DNA of 48,174 bases, counting the filler, from Stramenopiles sp. TOSAG23-2 (Eukaryota), in NCBI GenBank assembly GCA_900128395.1. It is 2 parts of 2 records of this genome, joined end to end, with 100 filler letters (N's around TTAATTAATTAA, not from the genome) between each part and the next. Parts side by side here need not be neighbours in the genome. Positions count along the whole stretch, not along the records: positions 1 to 24,050 come from LT649472.1; 1 more part is not named here. The stretch is one strand, 5' to 3'. Under the pieces are notes generated by a model, which did not search any database, had not been told where the DNA came from, and worked only from the letters and a program-made list of their open reading frames with translations. Made by a program: the position numbers and the translations under genes. Positions 1 to 8,955 of this stretch are shown here, one piece after another; the first letter of the stretch is position 1, and each line of letters starts with the position of its first letter.

Positions 1-127
1 TTAGGATTAACAGGTACACAGGACTGGTTATTCGTAATGAAAAATAACCAGTGCTATGTGTAGGCGCACCACTTTTATGGAGAATGGACCCGTTATGTAT
101 AAGATATACGATACGGTACTACTGGAC

Positions 128-350
128 TACTATGGTTAAATGTAGAAATAAATCAAATCATCAAGTATCAACAAGTAGAACAAGGAAAAAGATTTAAATA
201 TTTCAAAGCTCAATAGACAAAAATGATTAATCAAAAAGTACTATGGTTAAATGTAGAAATAAATCAAATCATCAAGTATCAACAAGTAGAACAAGGAAAA
301 AGATTTAAATATTTCAAAGCTCAATAGACAAAAATGATTAATCAAAAAGT
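128..350. repeat. Tandem duplication, period 111 bp (probable assembly artefact)
   Basis: actatggttaaatgtagaaa...tcaaaaagt starts at 129 and again at 240. Confidence 0.9.
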
Positions 351-954
351 TTGGATCCATATTGGTATCTCAATGATATCTAAATCAAAAATAGTAAAAG
401 GCGAAGGAGCAAAATGGGCGAATTATGTTAATCGTGTTGAAGCATTTGATTTCGTTGCAGGAACAAGTATTGGTTGCAACAGTGAAGGATTGACAATGAT
501 TTCGAAAATGGGATCGAAAATGGGAAATAGCTATAACTATGAACGGGACTATAGCAAAGTGCAGAACGAGGCAAGCAGGGCGCATACAAAACTGATACAG
601 CGTGTTGATGAAGTACAAGCATCATACACAAATGTAAGACCACAAGACAACCTAAAATTAATTGAAGTTTCCGCGGAGGATAAAGTCTCTACCAAACTAT
701 GCGCTCGTCATGCAAACATAATTTATACCCAGGCATGTAAATTTGCAGAAAGTGAAACATGGGGCGAAGGTCATGCATATAGTGCAGAATACATCATGTT
801 GGAATTATCCCATTTTAAGCGCTTGTTTGACTTGGCGGGTTCACATGGGTGTTCACAATTCCATTTTTTATACAACGGAGACATTAATTGGGTGGTAGAA
901 TTGGCAAAGGTGGAGGCCCCGAGACTCACAGTTAAACCTGTTTCGATCCGATGA
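334..954 (+). CDS. Hypothetical protein (206 aa), no recognisable family
   Basis: 206-aa ORF with higher GC than its flanks and a globular-looking composition. The start lies inside a 111-bp tandem duplication, so the 5' end is uncertain. Confidence 0.5.
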   Translation: MINQKVWIHIGISMISKSKIVKGEGAKWANYVNRVEAFDFVAGTSIGCNSEGLTMISKMGSKMGNSYNYERDYSKVQNEASRAHTKLIQRVDEVQASYTNVRPQDNLKLIEVSAEDKVSTKLCARHANIIYTQACKFAESETWGEGHAYSAEYIMLELSHFKRLFDLAGSHGCSQFHFLYNGDINWVVELAKVEAPRLTVKPVSIR

Positions 955-1637
955 ACTTAAATACTATAATAAAATGTATACACACACCACACACCATTGG
1001 TATACCTACTAAATAAAAATGCACATGGTGAAAAATAATTAGAAGGTGGATACCATTGTAGGAGCAATCGGTCTAGTGGTTAACTTGGTATCCTTTTTGC
1101 TTGTTTTCAAGTTTTTTTACATGGCAATAGCATTATGCAAATTGGAGGGTGTAAACATACCAAAAATTATTTTTATCCATGAAATATATTATTATTTTTG
1201 TATTCCATTATGATTAACGTTATAAATTAGTGCCATCATCCAGAAAAGCATCTTATATCTATAAATATCCGTGTTGCACACCTGCTGCGGACTTTTTGAA
1301 CGTCTATTTGAAGCTGTAATGCTATTCGCCTGATAGTTCTCCACCGTGTTGGGATGTTTAAGTACGGTGGAGAGCTATCAAGAGAGTCTACGGCTTTCAC
1401 ATTTTAGGAGTCTTGAAATTGGGTGGAAATAAGCCAATTAAAATCCATTTTTTTTCTCGGGACTCTAATATCTGTGTGCCTGTTATTTCGAGCCAATTTT
1501 TCCTCCTCATCATCAAAATATTTCAGCCCCCACTCCTCCACAAAATAAAAAAATAACAAAAACAAATGGTACATGGATTGAATACATAAGTTTGTAAATC
1601 CCACAAACGTGTAATATATATATTCTTCGAGATATCC

Positions 1638-1888
1638 TTTATTGTTTTGCATTTTTTCATTGTGGTATTCATTTTGCACGAACATTTTCTGAAAAGTACC
1701 ATTTACAATACCAAAGAAATTTTCATTTTTTTTTAAATAAACACAGAAAAAGATTTTTATATTTTATTGTTTTGCATTTTTTCATTGTGGTATTCATTTT
1801 GCACGAACATTTTCTGAAAAGTACCATTTACAATACCAAAGAAATTTTCATTTTTTTTTAAATAAACACAGAAAAAGATTTTTATATT
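1638..1888. repeat. Tandem duplication, period 125 bp (probable assembly artefact)
   Basis: tttattgttttgcatttttt...gatttttatat at 1638 and 1763. Confidence 0.9.
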
Positions 1889-1947
1889 AATTAGAATTTT
1901 ACCATTAATTGCCAATAAAATCATAGTACAGAATAATTAATATAAAT

Positions 1948-2195
1948 TAATAATGGAAACGTTAAGGCAACAATATCAAGAAATTAAAAAATTATTCAAT
2001 GACCCATATGATTTAGCATTTCAAATACTGAACTTGGCCATGATCGTCTTCAGCGCGTTGATGATATGGCGTAATAATGGAAACGTTAAGGCAACAATAT
2101 CAAGAAATTAAAAAATTATTCAATGACCCATATGATTTAGCATTTCAAATACTGAACTTGGCCATGATCGTCTTCAGCGCGTTGATGATATGGCG
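1948..2195. repeat. Tandem duplication, period 124 bp, covering the SEC11 start
   Basis: atggaaacgttaaggcaac at 1953 and 2077; the first copy is out of frame with the gene. Confidence 0.9.
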
Positions 2196-2640
2196 CGCGC
2201 TGATGGTATATACAAAAAGCGAATCACCCGTTGTAGTAGTATTAAGTGGCTCCATGGAACCAGCATTTCAACGTGGGGATATATTATTTTTGAATAATGA
2301 TGACAGGCCAGTAGAAGCTGGTGAAATTATAGTATTTAAAATTGAAGGAAGGGAAATTCCAATCGTCCATCGTGTATTGAATGTACACGAAGGGCAAAAA
2401 TTAAGCAATGGAAAAAGTGAACCTACTAAATATTTAACCAAAGGTGATAATAATAATATTGATGATCGTGGTTTATATCGACCAGGACAAAAATGGTTAA
2501 AACGTTCAGAAATTATGGGACGTGCACGTGGTTCCTTGCCATATGTTGGTATGGTAACAATATTATTAAATGATTATCCAGCTGCAAAATATGCATTAGT
2601 CGGTTTAATGGGTTTATTTGTATTGACAAGTAAGGAGTAG
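2077..2640 (+). CDS. SEC11: Signal peptidase complex catalytic subunit SEC11 (peptidase S26B)
   Basis: [20 protein letters not shown] (catalytic Ser), IPIVHRV (His), [15 protein letters not shown], an N-terminal TM anchor and a C-terminal PYVGMVTI segment. Confidence 0.97.
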   Translation: METLRQQYQEIKKLFNDPYDLAFQILNLAMIVFSALMIWRALMVYTKSESPVVVVLSGSMEPAFQRGDILFLNNDDRPVEAGEIIVFKIEGREIPIVHRVLNVHEGQKLSNGKSEPTKYLTKGDNNNIDDRGLYRPGQKWLKRSEIMGRARGSLPYVGMVTILLNDYPAAKYALVGLMGLFVLTSKE

Positions 2641-2762
2641 GAAGAAAAGAGGAGGGGGGAGAGAAAGAGAATGGAGCGAGAAAGAAAGTGCTGTGGTTGT
2701 AACATTTCTAAATAAAATGCATATATATATATATGATATTAGTGACATTTATTAATCTGTTG

Positions 2763-3012
2763 CATTAGTCGATTTAAAATCTTGGTTTATTTTTTTGTAT
2801 TTGACTAACATTGACTACCTGGTAGAGTGCAAGCGTACAGAGAAGTAGAGAGAGAGAACAGGGGGAGGGAATGCAAAGTGCAGCGACGTAAACATTAGTC
2901 GATTTAAAATCTTGGTTTATTTTTTTGTATTTGACTAACATTGACTAGAGTGCAAGCGTACATAGAAGTAGAGAGAGAGAACAGGGGGAGGGAGTGCAAA
3001 GTGCAGCGACGT
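2763..3012. repeat. Imperfect tandem duplication, period ~130 bp
   Basis: cattagtcgatttaaaatc at 2763 and 2893; the copies differ by a ~7-bp indel, SNPs and GA-repeat length. Confidence 0.9.
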
Positions 3013-3112
3013 AAAATTATACACGGGTAACACCACATTATCACACACATATATATATGTATTATTTTTTTATCTCTCTCTCCAAAAAAACTAATTTTTA
3101 TTTTAATATAAC

Positions 3113-3369
3113 ACATACTTCGTAATATGTGTACATATGGCTTTACTTTTTTTAAATCATCCAAATCGTTTTAACACCCCACGCCATCCATGTTCAATTA
3201 AATAATTTTTATCAATACGAATTTGTTCCATTGTATCACGACATACTTCGTAATATGTGTACATATGGCTTTACTTTTTTTAAATCATCCAAATCGTTTT
3301 AACACCCCACGCCATCCATGTTCAATTAAATAATTTTTATCAATACGAATTTGTTCCATTGTATCACGA
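3113..3369. repeat. Tandem duplication, period 128 bp, covering the GlyRS 3' end
   Basis: acatacttcgtaatatgtg at 3113 and 3241. Confidence 0.9.
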
Positions 3370-4933
3370 TATCGAACAGTAAATGTATTGTTTTCTAAAC
3401 TTTCTTGATCAATGGTAATGCATAATGGTGTACCAATTTCATCTTGGCGTTTATATCGTTTACCAATACTACCAGTAATATCAAAATCAATAGCACCATC
3501 ATTTTGTTTACATAATAATTCCAATATATCTTCCGACATATCAATTAAACCACTTGGTTTTTTTTGTAATGGCAATACCTATTATAGTATAACATATATA
3601 TATATACAAAAATGTTTGAATAGACTATGTTAGTTGATCATGGTTATACCAAGTAATGTAAACACGTATATACGTATATATATATATATATACTTACTGC
3701 AACTTTATATGGAACAATATCTTCATGTAATTTTAAATACATTCGTTCTTCTTCTTTCTTATTACCATCAATACTAGCATCCTCAGTTACTATAACTTTT
3801 TCTTCCACCCATCCATTGCATAAAAATGCCAACATGGCACGATTCAAACCTAATGCCGGTTCTATTATATATGGTATATATTTTTCATTTGTAACAGGAT
3901 CAAAATATGTTCCAACAGATGTATTTAATTTTTCTTTCTTCTTTTTTTTCTTCTTTTTATTATTATTATTATTATTATTACCACCACCACCACCAGATGT
4001 ACCGTGTATATGCTGTGTTAAATCATAATCACCACGATCTGCTATTCCCCATAATTCACTCCATCCTAATGATGGATAATTATATTCAATATCAGTAGTT
4101 GCCCTTGCATAATGTGCCACTTCATCTTCTTCATAATCACGATAACGTATATTGTTTTCATCAATACCATATTTTTGTAACCAATCAAAACAATATTGAC
4201 GCCAATATTGATATTGATCAAATGCATTATCTGGATGTGTGAAATATTGCAATTCTAATATTTCAAATTCACGTGTACGAAATAAAAAATTCGATGGATG
4301 AATTTCATTACGAAATGCTTTTCCCATTTGACCAATACCAAATGGAACACGTTTTCGTAATGATGTGACTACTTGTGAAAAATTAATATATGCACCTTGT
4401 GCCGTTTCTGGTCTTAAATAAACTTGATTATCATTTTGTATTGTCTCTGTTGGACCTAATGATGTTGTAAATAATAAATTAAAATTTTGTACATCATTTA
4501 TAAATGATGTTTCCGCGGGTGTATTACATGATGGACAAGAAATATTATGTTCCAGTAATGCAGTTTTCATTTCATTTAATGACATTTTTGCTACAATATC
4601 TGGTTTCAATCCACCATAATCTTCTAATAATTTATCAGCTCGGGAACGATGTTGACAAATACTACATTCAATCAATGGATCAGTAAATTCATCTATATGC
4701 CCAGATGTTTTCCATACGTTTGGATGCAAGATAATTGAAGAATCTAAACCCACACAATCAATACGTTGTTCAACAAAATCTTTCCACCATAAATCAGAAA
4801 TATTTTTTTTCAATTGCATGCCTAACGGACCATAATCAAATGTACCACGTAAACCACCATATATTTTACTACCAGAATATACAAATCCACGTCGATTACA
4901 AAAATGTATTAATTTTTCCATTGTACGATTCAT
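3285..4933 (-). CDS. Glycyl-tRNA synthetase, homodimeric alpha2 type, close to the compact bacterial GlyQS form; 2 exons (4933-3698, 3578-3285)
   Basis: [37 protein letters not shown]...[28 protein letters not shown] and the anticodon-binding [15 protein letters not shown]. Splicing intron 3697-3579 (GTAAGT...TAG) restores the canonical PYKVAVLPL. Confidence 0.95.
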
Positions 4934-5498
4934 AATTTAATTTATTTATTGTTACCATGTAGTAAAATTGTACCAACAAAAAATAAAATGTGTATAATTT
5001 ATAGGATTGCTTGCTTAAATTTATAACTGAAATGAAATAATTTGTAAATAAATTTTAAAAATTTAAATTATTATTTAATTTAAAAATTATATTATTTTTT
5101 TTCTTCTTCTTCTTCCCCCCTCAAAAAAAAAAAAGAAATTATAATAAGAAGAGATTAAACTTAAATAATTGTTGCGTGATATTATATCTTACTATTGATT
5201 GGTGGCATATAATTGTTTCTATATTATTCAAAATCAATCTAGTATTATCCTTGTCGTATGTTTTCTTCTTGGAATAATAAAATCTGTTGTGAAGAAGGAT
5301 GAAAAGGATGAAAAACATCATTCTTCTGAAATTAATAAACACAAGTGCCGTGAAAGGCAAGGCAATGAGATAAAATAATAAATAGATACATATATTTATG
5401 TAGACTATATGATATTATAATACAATTAACAACAAAAACAAAAAACATGCCGACGACACAAAGCAAAGAAGCGGGGAAAGATGAGAAAAATAAAAAAC

Positions 5499-6740
5499 AT
5501 GCCGACGACACAAAGCAAAGAAGCGGGGAAAGATGAGAAACGAAAAAAAAAAACACAGTTACGATTGTTAAACATTCATATGATGTCTAATATTGCATTG
5601 TCGTTATTTACGTTTTCATCACGGACTACATTACTACAACAATTAGTAAAAAATGATAGTGCAAGAATGGTAAATATATTATCAACATGGGCTAGTACTA
5701 TTGGTGCAGCTGAATTCCTTTTAAATCCAACGATGGGGCGATTGTCGGATTATTATGGACGCAAACCTTTTATGTTAATGTCTCCTGTAGCATGTGTTAT
5801 CTTGAAAACATGGTGTGCTTTGAATCCTTCCATACTAGCATTATCATTAGAAAAAGTGATTTGCGATGGTTTACGTACAATGTCTGGATCAACTATGTGC
5901 AAAGCTGCATTGTCTGATTTATGTACCGATACAAAGGAGTTGGGAAATGCTATTGCTACGTTGTATTCATGGGCTGGGGTTGCAATTATTGGTGGACCAT
6001 TAGTTAGTTCCATGTTAACAAATCCAAGAGTAACATTTGGTATCAGCGCAATTTGGGCGGTTGGTCAATTGATCGCTGAATGGTTTTATTTGCAAGAGAC
6101 ACATCCAGTCGATAAACGTGATAAAGAATTCAAAGGGTTTGCTAATCCATTTGGAATGTTTAAATTATTTACAATTTCACCAACATTATCGAAATTAAGT
6201 TCCATGCAAATGTTAATGTATTTATGTGAACCGAAAAATATGTCTGATATTTCATCGATGTTTCAAATGGAAAGTTTAAAATGGACACCTAGTAAACGTG
6301 ATATATTTGTATCTGTTGTTGGTTTATCATTTTTAAGTGGCAGTAAAGTCACTAGAATGAGTATGAAGAAATATGGCATGTATGGGCATACAAGTGTTAT
6401 GCATGGTTTATCGATTATACAATATTTATTCCGTGCTGCACCATATGAATTGACAACATGGATTGGTGTATTGATTATGATGGTATCAGAGACACGGGAT
6501 AAAGCAGTCGCTGCATTGGCAACGGAAGAAGCCATTAAAAATGGATTGGGAAAAGGTGAATATAGTGGCTTAGCAGCTAATTTACGTGCATTGATGGTAT
6601 TTGCAAGTCCATTTCTTTGGAGTGGTTTATACAATCGTGGAATGAAAACCGGCAATGGTGGTTTACCATTTCTAGGTGCTGCAATTGCAATGGTCGCATC
6701 GGAATTAATTTTACGTACAATTAAAAAGAAAAGTGATTAA
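5499..6740 (+). CDS. Major facilitator superfamily transporter (TetA/DHA1-like)
   Basis: MFS motif A GRLSDYYGRKP, motif-C-like GVAIIGGPLVS, LQET after TM6 and multiple hydrophobic helices. The start is set at MPTTQSK (5499) because 5481 falls in a 52-bp duplication. Confidence 0.88.
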   Translation: MPTTQSKEAGKDEKRKKKTQLRLLNIHMMSNIALSLFTFSSRTTLLQQLVKNDSARMVNILSTWASTIGAAEFLLNPTMGRLSDYYGRKPFMLMSPVACVILKTWCALNPSILALSLEKVICDGLRTMSGSTMCKAALSDLCTDTKELGNAIATLYSWAGVAIIGGPLVSSMLTNPRVTFGISAIWAVGQLIAEWFYLQETHPVDKRDKEFKGFANPFGMFKLFTISPTLSKLSSMQMLMYLCEPKNMSDISSMFQMESLKWTPSKRDIFVSVVGLSFLSGSKVTRMSMKKYGMYGHTSVMHGLSIIQYLFRAAPYELTTWIGVLIMMVSETRDKAVAALATEEAIKNGLGKGEYSGLAANLRALMVFASPFLWSGLYNRGMKTGNGGLPFLGAAIAMVASELILRTIKKKSD

Positions 6741-7131
6741 AGAGGAGATTGAGAGAGAGCATGTGTCGTCTGTTTGTATAATATCTCGCATTATGATATA
6801 AGAACAATGGGGTGTGAAAGGTGACGACATATATATATATATATTATATATTACATGTGTACATGCATATTGTGTTTGTTGTACATGATATTCGTATATC
6901 TTTTTGTTTTTTTTTGTGTTGCAAAAAGAAATATGCGTGTGTGCGTCTATTTTAAATTGTTTGTTGATGGATGTAATTTTTAATTATTTGGTTATTAACC
7001 GCATTCAAAATGCAGTTGCCACAGGTGAAGTGTTTTTTATTTAAAAATATTTTTTTATAATGCATTTTAAATAAAAAAATTAAATTTTTTTGTAAATAAA
7101 AACGCATTATGTTTAAAATCTCTCAGAAAAT

Positions 7132-8270
7132 TTACTTCTTCTCTCCTCCATCACCACCGCCCTCCTCCTCCACCACCTCTTCCTCCTCTTCATCATCACT
7201 ACCTTTCTTTTTAATTACACGTGGTTCAAATGGTATACGTGGATGCAACATTGCTACTAATGCTTGCTGTTCATGTTTAATTGATCTCCCAAACATAATG
7301 GCCCAGTTCATTGCGTTCATACCATTGAAATCTAATTTTGTTTTCGATGCACGTTTTTTTAATAAAGTTTCACATGTATCATAATGTCCTTCTTTTGCTG
7401 CTAACATTAATGCCGTACAACCATGTTCAAATTCTTTTAAATCTATTTCCATGTATAATTTTGGATATGTTAATAATTTTTCAACTTGTTCATTGAGACC
7501 AAATTTGCTTGCTATCATTAATGGCGTCCATCCTTTATTATCTGCTGATCGTGCATTTGCTTTACCACTATCAAATAATGCATTAAATACATCTAATTTT
7601 CCTTTTAATAATGATATCATTAATGGTGTACGTCCATGTTTTGGTTCTCTTGCATTGCAATTAGCATTTGCATTTACTAATTCTTCCATGACTTCTACAC
7701 CACTATAATATGCCGCTAATATAATTGGTGTTACTTTTTCATTTTGCGTCGTTGTTTCTGTTGTTACTTTCCAATCACATAATGCATGGACACATTTTGA
7801 ATCACTTTTGTTAATATTTATTATTAATATATATATATTGTTAGTACTTGGATTGATTTTATTTATTTTATCTATTTATTTGTATTAAATTCTTTATACT
7901 TACTTATTTCGCACTGCTATATGTAATAATGCATCGCCATTATTATCTTCATATTCTGGATCTGCACCACCTTTAATCATTTTATGTATTTCATCACTAT
8001 CTTTATTTTTTACTGCTTTTAATAAAATTTCATTTTTATTTACATGTTTTTCGTTTTTATTATTTGATGTTCTATATGCAACTTTTCTCATACGTCGTAT
8101 TTTTGTCAAACGGTGTTTGCTTTTTAACTTGTCAACTTTACGTTTTTCTTCTAATTTGATTTTTTGTTCATACTATCGTTATTAAATAGTTAGGAAATGT
8201 TTGGTTTATTGAGATGATATAGGTATTGATAATGATGGATTGTGAAATAGAAACTTACTGCTCGTATCAT
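7132..8270 (-). CDS. Ankyrin-repeat protein; 3 exons (8270-8259, 8172-7904, 7804-7132)
   Basis: Ankyrin motifs GDALLHIAV, VTPIILAAY, GRTPLMIS, GWTPLMIAS, GCTALMLAAKEGH, GMNAMNWA. GTAAGT...AG introns at 8258-8173 and 7903-7805 join the listed ORFs in frame. Exon 1 is duplicated at 8410-8399. Confidence 0.85.
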
Positions 8271-8465
8271 TTTTTTTAATTTTAACGCGGATGTCAACAG
8301 ATGTGAATAGATGATGTGTTCGTAGATAGTTAGGAAATGTTTGGTTTATTGAGATGATATAGGTATTGATAATGATGGATTGTGAAATAGAAACTTACTG
8401 CTCGTATCATTTTTTTTAATTTTAACGCGGATGTCAACAGATGTGAATAGATGATGTGTTCGTAG
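8186..8465. repeat. Tandem duplication, period 140 bp, covering ankyrin gene exon 1
   Basis: atagttaggaaatgtttgg at 8186 and 8326. Confidence 0.9.
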
Positions 8466-8955
8466 GTAAATGTTTTTTTTATTGTGATGTAATTACCTGT
8501 GTAAATTTGTGTTCCAATATGTTTGTAGTAATGATATAAATTAATGATATATTACAATTTTGATTTAATAATAATGTAGTGGAGATATTAATATATTAAT
8601 ATTGGACGTTGCGTAGTAAAAATTGGACCGCTGCGTGGTATAATGTACACGGATGTGAATATAGATGAATCAATGCTTGTCAGATGAAATGTATTTGATA
8701 TTTGTAATGGTGATGATGATTGGTTCGGTGGTGTCATTTTACAGTGTTTGTAAATGTCTACATGTGCACATGTGATATATGTTTTTATGGGTTTTTATAA
8801 CGTTTAGTTTTTTTCATTTTATGAAATTATAAATTATGTTGTTGTTTCTCTATGGCCGTGCATGAGTATAGTAAGAAGTATAAAATACAAAAAATATGAT
8901 ATTATTGGATGGTAAAAATTTAGGGTTGCTTTTACTTTTACTTCTTTTTTTTTTT

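Noticed and set aside
1953-2076. Upstream out-of-frame copy of the SEC11 start as a regulatory uORF or pseudogene
   Set aside because: It is an exact 124-bp duplicate matching the window's pattern of probable assembly overlaps.
128-3369. Clustered direct repeats as a CRISPR array or LTRs
   Set aside because: Each is a different sequence present twice head-to-tail with no spacers. The context is eukaryotic and there are no cas or retroelement ORFs.
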